Source: an uncultured Eubacteriales bacterium
GTDB lineage: Bacteria; Bacillota; Clostridia; Lachnospirales; Lachnospiraceae
Assembly (NCBI GenBank): GCA_900318295.1
Contig: ONKC01000003.1
Span: 10,155 to 74,154, forward strand
Reading direction: 5' to 3'
DNA: 64,000 nt
Shown: one piece after another, positions 8,817-17,683 of the stretch
Numbering within the stretch: position 1 is the first letter of the stretch
How the letters are laid out: each line of letters opens with the position of its first letter
Program-made: the position numbers and the translations under genes
The notes under the pieces: generated by a model
Database searches by the model: none
Told to the model about the DNA's origin: nothing
Seen by the model: only the letters and a program-made list of their open reading frames with translations

Positions 8817-10310
8817 ATGCATTCCATTCATGAAGAATGCGGTGTCTTCGGAGTTTATACAGATAAGCCTTATGCAGTGGCAAAGGATGTGTACTACGGT
8901 CTGTATTCACTTCAACATCGCGGGCAGGAAAGCTGTGGTATCGTTGTCGGCGACGACGGATTATTTTTCTCACATAAGGATATAGGTGAGGTTCACACCG
9001 TATTTGACGGAGAGATACTTGATAAGCTCCCCACGGGGACGATGGGCATAGGGCATGTCAGGTATTCGACGACAGGTGGGGACGGGAGAAATAACTGTCA
9101 GCCGATGGAGGTAAACCACCAGAAGGGGAGAATGGCGCTCGCTCACAACGGAAACATAAGTAATGCTTACGATCTTCGAAGTAAGCTCGAGCTTTCCGGA
9201 GCTATCTTTCACTCGACATCTGATACTGAGATCATCGCGTATCTGGTGACCAGAGAAAGGCTTACTCATCCGTCTATCGAAGAAGCGGTGATGGCGACCA
9301 TGCCTTATTTAGAGGGAGCATACTCACTTGTTTTGATGTCCGCGACCAAGCTTATCGCAGCTAGGGATCCTCATGGATTCAGACCTCTTTGCTATGGAAA
9401 AAAAGCAGACGGTCACTACATCGTGGCATCCGAGAGCTGTGCTTTAGAGGCGGTCGGAGCTGAGTTTATCAGAGATCTGATGCCGGGCGAGGTTCTGGTC
9501 TTCGGTCAGTCTGATGAAAAGGCTTTTTCTTCGGCACCTGTTCGCGCGGGAGTGACGGTAAAGAAGGAAGCGCCGGGAGTGATAAGCTACTCAAATCATG
9601 TAGAAAAAAAGAAGAAAAAGACATGTATTTTTGAGTACATATACTTCGCAAGACCTGACTCTGTTATCGATGGTGTATCAGTTCACGAGGCCAGGATAAG
9701 AGCCGGAAGGATCCTCGCAAGAGAGGATGATAAGGGTATCGCTGATGTGGTAGTGGGTGTGCCTGACTCAGGTCTTGATGCCGCTTTGGGGTATGCTTTG
9801 GAATCAGGGATACCATACGGTATAGGATTGATCAAAAATAAGTATATAGGAAGGACCTTTATCTCTCCGACGCAGGAGGAGAGAGTAAATCAGGTTCGTA
9901 TAAAGCTCAATCCTATCAGATCTACTGTAGAAGGAAAGAGGATAGTCCTTATAGATGACTCGATCGTGCGTGGCACGACGAGCGGGCATATCGTAAAACT
10001 CCTTCGCGATGCAGGCGCGAAGGAGATACATATGCGAATAAGTGCGCCACCGTTTTTACATCCGTGCTACTACGGTACGGATATAGATTCGGAGGAAAAT
10101 CTCATCGCCTGTCATCATAGTGTGGAGGAGATCGCAGGGATGATCGGTGCCGATTCTTTGAGTTATTTACCGGTAGGATCGCTGCATGAATTGATAAAAA
10201 GTAACGACTTTTGTAACGCGTGCTTTACAGGCGACTATCCGACGGAAGTGCCCGAAAATACTGAGAAAAATCGATTTGAGCAACCTCTGTCCAGGAGGAA
10301 TAATAACTAA
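8817..10310 (+). CDS. purF: Amidophosphoribosyltransferase
   Basis: Short propeptide then 'ECGVFG', 'QHRGQES', 'GHVRYST', 'HNGN', PRPP-binding 'LIDDSIVRGTT', Fe-S Cys residues (TCIF, PCYY, CNAC). ATG 8817 follows GGAGG. Confidence 0.93.
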   Translation: MHSIHEECGVFGVYTDKPYAVAKDVYYGLYSLQHRGQESCGIVVGDDGLFFSHKDIGEVHTVFDGEILDKLPTGTMGIGHVRYSTTGGDGRNNCQPMEVNHQKGRMALAHNGNISNAYDLRSKLELSGAIFHSTSDTEIIAYLVTRERLTHPSIEEAVMATMPYLEGAYSLVLMSATKLIAARDPHGFRPLCYGKKADGHYIVASESCALEAVGAEFIRDLMPGEVLVFGQSDEKAFSSAPVRAGVTVKKEAPGVISYSNHVEKKKKKTCIFEYIYFARPDSVIDGVSVHEARIRAGRILAREDDKGIADVVVGVPDSGLDAALGYALESGIPYGIGLIKNKYIGRTFISPTQEERVNQVRIKLNPIRSTVEGKRIVLIDDSIVRGTTSGHIVKLLRDAGAKEIHMRISAPPFLHPCYYGTDIDSEENLIACHHSVEEIAGMIGADSLSYLPVGSLHELIKSNDFCNACFTGDYPTEVPENTEKNRFEQPLSRRNNN

Positions 10311-10349
10311 AGAGATTCTTGATAATATTTAACAAGTGAAAGAAAATAG

Positions 10350-10378
10350 TTGACATTATTATTCATTTGTGTTATGAT
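10350..10378 (+). promoter_or_regulatory. SigA promoter of amt-glnK
   Basis: TTGACA-N17-(TG)TATGAT. Confidence 0.85.
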
Positions 10379-10388
10379 ACGTTTTGTT

Positions 10389-10434
10389 GAGGCAAGGGCG
10401 TCTCGGTTTTGTAACCGGGACGCCCTTTGTTTTT
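10389..10434 (+). ncRNA. Leader: ANTAR-type hairpin overlapping an intrinsic terminator (copy 2)
   Basis: GAGGC-AAGGGC-GTCTC. Terminator AAGGGCGTCTCGGTT-ttgt-AACCGGGACGCCCTT followed by TGTTTTT. Confidence 0.8.
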
Positions 10435-10462
10435 ATAAAAAATAGAAATGGAGGATAGGTTT

Positions 10463-12229
10463 ATGGAAGAAGTATTGGAGCTGATGGACGGGAAACTATT
10501 TGCAGTATGGTTCCTCATCGGTGCTGCTCTCGTCTTCTGGATGCAGGCGGGATTTGCGATGGTGGAGTCAGGATTTGCCAGGGCAAAAAATGCCGGCAAT
10601 ATCCTCATGAAGAACCTTATGGATTTTTGTATCGGGTGTGTGGTTTTTATCCTGATCGGTTTCGGTCTCCTTTTGGGAGAAGACATGGTGGGACTTATCG
10701 GAAAGCCCGGGCTTGATATTTTTACAGCGTATGCGGATTTTGATTGGTCAAACTTCGTGTTCAACCTTGTGTTCTGCGCGACTACAGCGACCATCGTATC
10801 CGGAGCTATGGCAGAGCGTACAAAGTTTTTGAGCTACTGCGTATACTCCGCTGTCATCTCGGCTTTGATCTATCCGATCGAGGCTCACTGGATCTGGGGA
10901 GGCGGCTGGCTTGCTCAGATGGGATTCCATGATTTTGCAGGGTCATGTGCGATCCATATGGTGGGTGGTATCGCAGCTTTAGTCGGAGCGATCATGGTCG
11001 GACCGCGTATCGGAAAGTTTGAGAGAGATAAGTCGGGAAAGGTTATCAAGGTAAATGCCTTCCCGGGACATAACCTTGTTATCGGAGCTTTGGGTGTGTT
11101 CATCCTGTGGCTCGGCTGGTATGGATTCAACGGTGCAGCTTGTACTACTGTTGAGCAGCTTGCATCTGTATTTGTTACGACTACCATCGCGCCTTCTGTT
11201 GCGACTGTGGTATGTATGGTCTTTACCTGGATCAGATACGGTAAGCCGGATGTGTCGATGTGTCTGAACGCATCTCTGGCAGGACTTGTAGCTATCACCG
11301 CTCCATGTGATGTGACTGATGCATCGGGTGCTATCGCTATCGGAGCTATCTCAGGACTTTTAGTGATCTTCGGAGTATGGCTTCTTGATTACAAGCTTCA
11401 TGTAGATGATCCGGTAGGTGCCGTAGCAGTTCATATGATGAACGGTATCTGGGGAACTATCGCAACCGGACTTTTTGCTACATCAAGCGCACCGGGCTTT
11501 GAGCTTGCAGGTATCAAGGAAGGTCTTTTCTACGGAGGAGGCTTTGATCAGCTCGGTATCCAGTTGGTTGGATTTGCGGCAGTAGCTGCCTGGGCAGCGG
11601 TCGGTATGCTTATCGTATTTGCGATCATCAAGGCTATCTTCGGACTTAGAGTAAGTGAGGAAGAGGAGCTCGAAGGACTCGATCTCACCGAGCATGGTTT
11701 GGCAAGTGCATATTCAGGCTTTTCTATCATGGATGTATCAACAGGTGCTATGTCAGCAAACGAGAACACAAACCTCGGTGTGGCTGCATATGAGGAAGCA
11801 AGTGAGGCGATGAGAAACGCCGCAGTTCCGGTAGAGAATGTAGCCAAAGAGCTCGAGGGAACTATACCTGATTCAGGTATCTACAAGGTTGTCATCATCA
11901 CCAAGCTGTCACGGTATGATAAGATGAAGAGAGCGCTGAACACTCTCGGTGTGACAGGTATCACGGTAACACAGGTCAGCGGTTGCGGTATCCAAAAAGG
12001 TGCCGGCGAGATGTACCGTGGAGTCGAGATGGACATGACACTTTTACCAAAGATCAAACTGGAGGTAGTAGTCAGCGGTATCCCTGTTGACAGCGTCATC
12101 GAGACCGCAAAGAAAACTCTTTACACCGGTAAGATCGGTGACGGAAAGATCTTTGTATATCCTGTAAACAGAGTCGTAAAGATCAGAACCGGAGAGGAAG
12201 ATTATGCTGCACTTCAGGATGTAGAATAA
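10463..12229 (+). CDS. amt: Ammonium transporter fused to a C-terminal PII (GlnK-like) domain
   Basis: Amt motifs 'MQAGFAMVESG', 'HDFAGS', 'DDPVGAVAVH' (twin His). PII motifs 'EMYRG', 'LLPKIK', 'TGKIGDGKIF', 'RTGE'. Start at ATG 10463 after GGAGG. Confidence 0.93.
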   Translation: MEEVLELMDGKLFAVWFLIGAALVFWMQAGFAMVESGFARAKNAGNILMKNLMDFCIGCVVFILIGFGLLLGEDMVGLIGKPGLDIFTAYADFDWSNFVFNLVFCATTATIVSGAMAERTKFLSYCVYSAVISALIYPIEAHWIWGGGWLAQMGFHDFAGSCAIHMVGGIAALVGAIMVGPRIGKFERDKSGKVIKVNAFPGHNLVIGALGVFILWLGWYGFNGAACTTVEQLASVFVTTTIAPSVATVVCMVFTWIRYGKPDVSMCLNASLAGLVAITAPCDVTDASGAIAIGAISGLLVIFGVWLLDYKLHVDDPVGAVAVHMMNGIWGTIATGLFATSSAPGFELAGIKEGLFYGGGFDQLGIQLVGFAAVAAWAAVGMLIVFAIIKAIFGLRVSEEEELEGLDLTEHGLASAYSGFSIMDVSTGAMSANENTNLGVAAYEEASEAMRNAAVPVENVAKELEGTIPDSGIYKVVIITKLSRYDKMKRALNTLGVTGITVTQVSGCGIQKGAGEMYRGVEMDMTLLPKIKLEVVVSGIPVDSVIETAKKTLYTGKIGDGKIFVYPVNRVVKIRTGEEDYAALQDVE

Positions 12230-12260
12230 TATGCGCATATGTTTGCCCAACATATGATAT

Positions 12261-12298
12261 AAAAAAAGGGAGCACCGACCAAAACGGTGTTCCCTTTT
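12261..12298. terminator. Bidirectional intrinsic terminator
   Basis: AAAGGGAGCACCG-accaaaa-CGGTGTTCCCTTT flanked by A- and T-runs. Confidence 0.85.
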
Positions 12299-12313
12299 GA
12301 CACACTACTCATA

Positions 12314-13564
12314 TCAGATACTTGTTTTTGCCTTTGAAAGCATCTCCATAAACTTAGGCGCCTTACCATAATGAAGGACTCCGGCACGATATATCCTCGC
12401 AGAAAGGATACCGATACCGATGGTTGATGCGATAAGTATGATCACCGATATAACTATCTCAAACCAAGCTATATTTCCCATTACAACTCGTGTGAACATA
12501 GCCATCGGAGATGTAAACGGGACATAAGATGCAACGACCATGATAGGAGAATTAACATCTCCGTTCATTCCGAATATAACGATCATAAATGCGATAACAA
12601 AGATCATCGTAACAGGTGTCTGAAGTGTGTTTATGTCCTCTACTTTTGTTGCCATGGAGCCTATCGCACCGAACATCATAGCATAAAGCATAAATCCCAA
12701 AATGAAGAATAACAGCAAATAGAATATCATCTCGGTCGGGATATTGAATATGGATCTGACGATCGGATTGTCGGTAAAGTAGTCACTGTTTATATTGTAG
12801 CATAAAACTGCAGTTCCGAATACCAGGATAAGCTGACTCATTCCGGCAACGCAAGCAGCAAGGATCTTTCCAAACATCAAAGCTGCCGGTCTCGCCGACG
12901 TGATAAGTACCTCCATAGCACGTGAACTTTTTTCGCTGGCAACATTTGTAGCGACCATCTGTCCGTATAGAAGTATGATCATATACAGTGCGAATATCAT
13001 GATATAAGTGTAAAAATAATTCTGCGACTGATCATTTCCTAAAACCTCGGCAGTGCCCTCGACAGTGATGTCGGATGCTTTTTTTAGCTCATCTGAGTTC
13101 ACGCCGGACTGCTTCATCAAAGTGTAATAATTCAGTCTTTCCATGGCGGCATCAGATGGCCCCTGCTTATCGGAATAGATGTTTAATGTCTCTACATAAT
13201 AAGTGTAGCTTTTCAGATCATGAATTACATACGCGTATGCATAGTCACCCGACATGATCTTTGTTTTGACGTTCTCAAGATCGGACTCTGCCACAAGCTC
13301 TTTTCCGTCGCTTTTAGCGATCTCTTCGAAGGCTTGCATTGCCAGATCCTTATCTACATCTCCTTCGACCAGGATAGCGACAGCGCTTTTGCTTTGAGCA
13401 TCTGTTTCGGTACCTTTCTCATCTGAGGAGAAGGACTGAAGTATGCGCGGTAAAAATAACGCGACAGCTATGACAACTACCAAAAAGATAGTTACTCCCA
13501 CGAAGGCTTTGTTTTTAAGATGGGCTCCGAGCTCAAAGCCGAATATAGTCTTAAACTGTTTCAT
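12314..13564 (-). CDS. ABC-2 permease (NatB/YhaP-like)
   Basis: 'VASEKSSRAMEVLITS...LMFGK' signature, one N-terminal TM, an extracytoplasmic domain and C-terminal TMs. Confidence 0.85.
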   Translation of the reverse strand: MKQFKTIFGFELGAHLKNKAFVGVTIFLVVVIAVALFLPRILQSFSSDEKGTETDAQSKSAVAILVEGDVDKDLAMQAFEEIAKSDGKELVAESDLENVKTKIMSGDYAYAYVIHDLKSYTYYVETLNIYSDKQGPSDAAMERLNYYTLMKQSGVNSDELKKASDITVEGTAEVLGNDQSQNYFYTYIMIFALYMIILLYGQMVATNVASEKSSRAMEVLITSARPAALMFGKILAACVAGMSQLILVFGTAVLCYNINSDYFTDNPIVRSIFNIPTEMIFYLLLFFILGFMLYAMMFGAIGSMATKVEDINTLQTPVTMIFVIAFMIVIFGMNGDVNSPIMVVASYVPFTSPMAMFTRVVMGNIAWFEIVISVIILIASTIGIGILSARIYRAGVLHYGKAPKFMEMLSKAKTSI

Positions 13565-14462
13565 CTTCAGTATTCACCTCACTTCCGGTATACTCTACAA
13601 ATATATCGTTCATCGACGGTTCATAAACTCTGATCTCATCGATCTCATACTCAGATGCGATCTTTTGCATGATCTGTTTTTTATTGTCAGGACTTGACAT
13701 TTTTAATATAAGAGAACCGTCTTCTTGCTTTTGACAGGCGTCGCCGTAGGCAGACATGATACTGTCAGCATTCTCGCTTTTTATGACAAGTTTGTCTCTG
13801 GTGTAGCTTCTTTTTATCTCGCGGATGTCACCGGAGAGAACTATATTTCCCTGATTTAAGATGGCTATGTTGTCGCAGAACTCCTCAACATAGTTCATCT
13901 GATGACTGGAGAAAAGAACGATCTTTCCTTCTTCAATCTGACTTTTAACCACGTCCTCAAGTATCATGGCGTTTACCGGATCAAGTCCCGAAAAAGGCTC
14001 GTCGAGAACAACTATATCAGGATTGTGGATAACAGCGGTGATCAGCTGGATCTTTTGCTGATTTCCTTTTGACAGGGTATCGAGACGAGCGTTTCTGTGC
14101 TCAAACATTCCGAGACGTCCGAGCCATTTGTCTACGCCTTTTTCAGCGTCAGCCCTGCTCATACCTTTAAGTCTTGCAAGGTAGACAAGCTGATCGAAGA
14201 TCTTTTTCTTCGGATATAGGCCTCTCTCTTCCGGCAGATATCCTTTACTTACTTTTTCATGGTCGATAGGTACTCCGTCGAGAAGAATCTCACCCGAGTC
14301 AGCACCAAACACATCCATAAGAATACGGATAGTCGTGGTTTTACCCGCTCCGTTTCTTCCCAAAAGCCCGAGTGCCTGACCGCTTTTTACGGACAGATTC
14401 ACGTCCTTTAGCACGTGCTTTTGACCGAAGCTTTTGTTGATGTTTTTCAATTCAAGCTGCAT
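13551..14462 (-). CDS. ABC ATP-binding protein (NatA/YhaQ-like)
   Basis: Walker A 'GRNGAGKTT', signature 'LSKGNQQK', Walker B 'VVLDEPFSGLDP'. Confidence 0.92.
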   Translation of the reverse strand: MQLELKNINKSFGQKHVLKDVNLSVKSGQALGLLGRNGAGKTTTIRILMDVFGADSGEILLDGVPIDHEKVSKGYLPEERGLYPKKKIFDQLVYLARLKGMSRADAEKGVDKWLGRLGMFEHRNARLDTLSKGNQQKIQLITAVIHNPDIVVLDEPFSGLDPVNAMILEDVVKSQIEEGKIVLFSSHQMNYVEEFCDNIAILNQGNIVLSGDIREIKRSYTRDKLVIKSENADSIMSAYGDACQKQEDGSLILKMSSPDNKKQIMQKIASEYEIDEIRVYEPSMNDIFVEYTGSEVNTEDETV

Positions 14463-14504
14463 TGCATATAACCTCCTTGGCTAATGTGTATTACCATCCT
14501 GCTG

Positions 14505-14533
14505 ATTATACTAAAAATTAGGAATTTCGTCAA
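14505..14533 (-). promoter_or_regulatory. SigA promoter of the ABC operon
   Basis: Minus strand TTGACG-N17-TATAAT, back-to-back with the radical SAM promoter. Confidence 0.75.
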
Positions 14534-14543
14534 ATTTTTTTGC

Positions 14544-14572
14544 TTGACAAGATAATCTTAATGATGTATAAA
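14544..14572 (+). promoter_or_regulatory. SigA promoter of the radical SAM gene
   Basis: TTGACA-N17-TATAAA. Confidence 0.7.
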
Positions 14573-14673
14573 GTGAGATAAAGTGGGTGGAGATGTCGAA
14601 GATATGCCTATGCGTAGGGCATATCAGTATAGTCAGACATCGCAAAAAGCAATAATAGGAGGGAGATAAAACT

Positions 14674-15768
14674 ATGGAAAAAGACTTTGACATCCAGGAG
14701 TACATGACAAAGGGTGTGGAAAGGGTTGTCTCGGATGCCCTTCGTGCGACCTTGAAGAATCCACGGGAAAGTGCATTTATGCTCCGATTTGCCTCGGCAA
14801 GTAAGTCTGCATCGAAGAAAAGAAAGGAAGCAAAAAAGCACGGTGAGCATGTACCGCCGTTTTTGATCGCGAGTATCACCAGCGAGTGTAATCTGCACTG
14901 TGCGGGGTGTTATTCACGTTGTACGGAAGCGACTACTGATGATGATCCGACAGACCAGCTTACTTCTAAAGAGTGGTCGGATATTTTTGATGAGGCTTCG
15001 GATATGGGTATAAGCTTTATCCTTTTAGCAGGCGGCGAGCCTTTACTTCGCCGCGATGTGATCGAGGCTGCTTCAAAAAGACAGGATATACTTTTCCCGG
15101 TGTTTTCAAACGGAACTTATATAGACGATAAGTACGAAAAGATGTTTGATAAGCACAGAAACCTCGTGCCGATACTCAGTATCGAGGGAGACAAAGATAC
15201 TACTGATGATCGTCGTGGTGATGGGATATATGATATCCTCATCAAAAATATGAACAGGTTTAAAAAGGACGGCCTGATCTTCGGAGTCTCCGTGACGGTG
15301 ACTACGCAGAACTTAGAAGAGGTCATTTCGGACGGATTTTTAGAGGAGCTTGCGGATAAAGGCTGTAAGGCTGTGATCTATGTTGAGTATGTTCCGATCT
15401 CGGATGAGGCAAAGGAACTTTCGATATCAGATGAGCAAAGAGAGTATCTGAAAGATCGGATGGGTAAGCTCAGAGAGGATATCCCGGAGATGGTATTTAT
15501 AGCTTTTCCGGGTGATGAAAAAAGCTCCGGTGGTTGTGTTGCGGCCGGGCGTGGGTTTTTCCATATAAACTCACACGGTGATGCGGAGCCCTGTCCTTTT
15601 TCTCCGTACTCTGATATAAATGTCAGAGAGACATCTTTGCGCGAGTCCGTGAACTCGACATTTTTCAAAAAACTCCGCGACGGTAATCTCCTTGTAGATG
15701 ACCATGAGGGCGGGTGTGTGCTTTATGAAAAACGTGAGCAGGTGGAAGCTGTGCTATCGGGAGTGTGA
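14674..15768 (+). CDS. Radical SAM protein with SPASM/twitch-like C-terminus, substrate unknown
   Basis: CxxxCxxC 'CNLHCAGC', 'GGEPLL', C-terminal 'GCVAAGRGFFHINSHGDAEPCPF...GGC'. Confidence 0.88.
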   Translation: MEKDFDIQEYMTKGVERVVSDALRATLKNPRESAFMLRFASASKSASKKRKEAKKHGEHVPPFLIASITSECNLHCAGCYSRCTEATTDDDPTDQLTSKEWSDIFDEASDMGISFILLAGGEPLLRRDVIEAASKRQDILFPVFSNGTYIDDKYEKMFDKHRNLVPILSIEGDKDTTDDRRGDGIYDILIKNMNRFKKDGLIFGVSVTVTTQNLEEVISDGFLEELADKGCKAVIYVEYVPISDEAKELSISDEQREYLKDRMGKLREDIPEMVFIAFPGDEKSSGGCVAAGRGFFHINSHGDAEPCPFSPYSDINVRETSLRESVNSTFFKKLRDGNLLVDDHEGGCVLYEKREQVEAVLSGV

Positions 15769-15800
15769 ATAAAAGTATAAATGCTTTCTGAAATTTTTTC

Positions 15801-15829
15801 TTGACAAGTTTCTAAAAATATGATATGAT
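15801..15829 (+). promoter_or_regulatory. SigA promoter of asnB-glnN-gltBD
   Basis: TTGACA-N17-(TG)TATGAT. Confidence 0.85.
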
Positions 15830-15839
15830 GCGTTGCAGT

Positions 15840-15888
15840 GAGGCAAAGGCGTCTCAGAGGAAACTCTGGGACGTCTTTGTCTTTCTTT
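15840..15888 (+). ncRNA. Leader: ANTAR-type hairpin overlapping an intrinsic terminator (copy 3)
   Basis: GAGGC-AAAGGC-GTCTC. Terminator AAAGGCGTCTCAGAG-gaaa-CTCTGGGACGTCTTT followed by GTCTTTCTTT. Confidence 0.8.
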
Positions 15889-15907
15889 GGTTTAGGAGGA
15901 CAAAAAA

Positions 15908-17608
15908 ATGTGCGCGATACTGACTTATGCAAGGCCTGATGTGTCCGAAGGCTTCTTTTCGGAGATGCTTATGAAGACGCAGTCGAGAGGACCGGACATG
16001 TCCGATCACATCAAGGTAAAAAGAGGCTGGATCGGATTCAATCGTTTGTCGATCATGGGACCGGGAGCTACGGGCATGCAGCCCTTCACACATCGAGGAA
16101 ACGCTGTAGTGTGCAACGGTGAGGTGTACGGGTTCGGACCTTTGAAGGAGTATCTGTCATCGATCGGATATCCTTTTGAGAGCGGAAGCGATTGCGAACT
16201 TCTGATGCCGTTATACGAGAAGCTCGGTGTGGCGATGTTTAATCTTTTGGATGCGGAGTTCGCCTGTGTGATATACGACGGTGAAAAGGACGAGTTTATC
16301 GCAGCCCGCGATCCGATAGGCATCAGACCTTTGTACTACGGTTATGATGATGAAGGATATATACTGTTTGCGTCGGAACCGAAAAACATAGTCGGTGTTG
16401 CCAAGGAAATAAAACCGTTTCCACCGGGACATTTTTATAAAAACGGAGAGTTCACAAGCTACCGTGATATGACCACGGGCGGTGTATATGCGAAGGCAGG
16501 CTGGAATCCCGGAAAGGCCGGACAGGGAAGACACTTAAGCGGAGTCGGAAACGCCCACAGTCGTGCTACTGCAGGAAGCATGACTTTGTCAAACGGACTC
16601 GGGATAATGGATGAAGGAGTGGATGCAATATGTGAAGGCATCCATGACAGACTGATAGGTGGTATAAAAAAACGACTTACCGCGGACCAGCCGATAGGGT
16701 TTTTGTTATCGGGAGGACTTGATTCATCGCTTGTATGCGGTGTGGCGGCAAAGCTACTGCCGGAGCCGATACCGACATTTGCGATAGGAATGGATATCGA
16801 TGCGATCGATCTGAAGTACGCAAGGCAGGTTGCGGACTACATACACTCGGATCATCACGAGGTGATCATAACGGCAGAGGATGTCATAGAGGCTGTGGAG
16901 CCGGTGATACAGGCGCTCGCCACCTACGACATCACGACGATCAGAGCGTCGATCGGTATGTATCTTCTCTGCAAGTGGATCAGGGAGAATACGGATATAA
17001 AGGTTTTGCTCACCGGGGAAATATCGGATGAGCTTTTCGGATATAAGTACACGGACTTCGCACCGAGTGCGGAGGAGTTTCAGGAGGAGTCTAAAAAAAG
17101 GATCAGGGAGCTTCACATGTATGATGTGCTCAGAGCCGATCGCTGTATCAGCGTAAACTCTTTGGAAGCCAGAGTGCCGTTTGGAGATCTCGATTTCGTC
17201 GACTATGTGATGGCGATAGATCCCGAGAAAAAAATGAATACCTACGGCATCGGAAAGTATCTTCTAAGACATGCTTTTGAAAAGGATGAGTTCATCCCGC
17301 ATGAGATTCTGATGAGAGAAAAAGCTGCCTTTTCCGATGCGGTCGGTCACAGCCTGAGAGATGATCTGATCGATCTGGCAGAAAAGACCTACACTGATGA
17401 AGCTTATGAGGAGGGTATAAAAAAATATACCCACGCTAAGCCTTTTACAAAAGAGTCACTTTTATATCGCGACATTTTTGAAAAGTATTATCCCGGGCAG
17501 TCGCATATGGTAACGGATTTCTGGATGCCGAATAAGTCCTGGGATGGTTGCAACGTTAATGATCCGTCTGCCCGAGTTCTATCGAACTACGGAGCATCAG
17601 GAGAATAA
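15908..17608 (+). CDS. asnB: Asparagine synthase (glutamine-hydrolysing)
   Basis: Ntn Cys2 'MCAI', 'RGPD', 'CNGEVY', 'RDPIGIRPLYYG', PP-loop 'LSGGLDSS', 'SLEARVPF'. Confidence 0.93.
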   Translation: MCAILTYARPDVSEGFFSEMLMKTQSRGPDMSDHIKVKRGWIGFNRLSIMGPGATGMQPFTHRGNAVVCNGEVYGFGPLKEYLSSIGYPFESGSDCELLMPLYEKLGVAMFNLLDAEFACVIYDGEKDEFIAARDPIGIRPLYYGYDDEGYILFASEPKNIVGVAKEIKPFPPGHFYKNGEFTSYRDMTTGGVYAKAGWNPGKAGQGRHLSGVGNAHSRATAGSMTLSNGLGIMDEGVDAICEGIHDRLIGGIKKRLTADQPIGFLLSGGLDSSLVCGVAAKLLPEPIPTFAIGMDIDAIDLKYARQVADYIHSDHHEVIITAEDVIEAVEPVIQALATYDITTIRASIGMYLLCKWIRENTDIKVLLTGEISDELFGYKYTDFAPSAEEFQEESKKRIRELHMYDVLRADRCISVNSLEARVPFGDLDFVDYVMAIDPEKKMNTYGIGKYLLRHAFEKDEFIPHEILMREKAAFSDAVGHSLRDDLIDLAEKTYTDEAYEEGIKKYTHAKPFTKESLLYRDIFEKYYPGQSHMVTDFWMPNKSWDGCNVNDPSARVLSNYGASGE

Positions 17609-17683
17609 CAGAAGCGCGAGCGCTATGGTAGGGGTCCGACCGCGCTTGCACAGGAAACTTTAGTAGAATAGGAGGATAGAATC

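Noticed and set aside
16522-16575. 'AGGGAAGAC...ACAGTCGTGCTACTGCAG' in the asnB insert resembles parts of a cobalamin riboswitch core
   Set aside because: The central GGTG-AA-TCC hairpin and the downstream B12-box partner are absent, and the site is mid-CDS. Likely chance.
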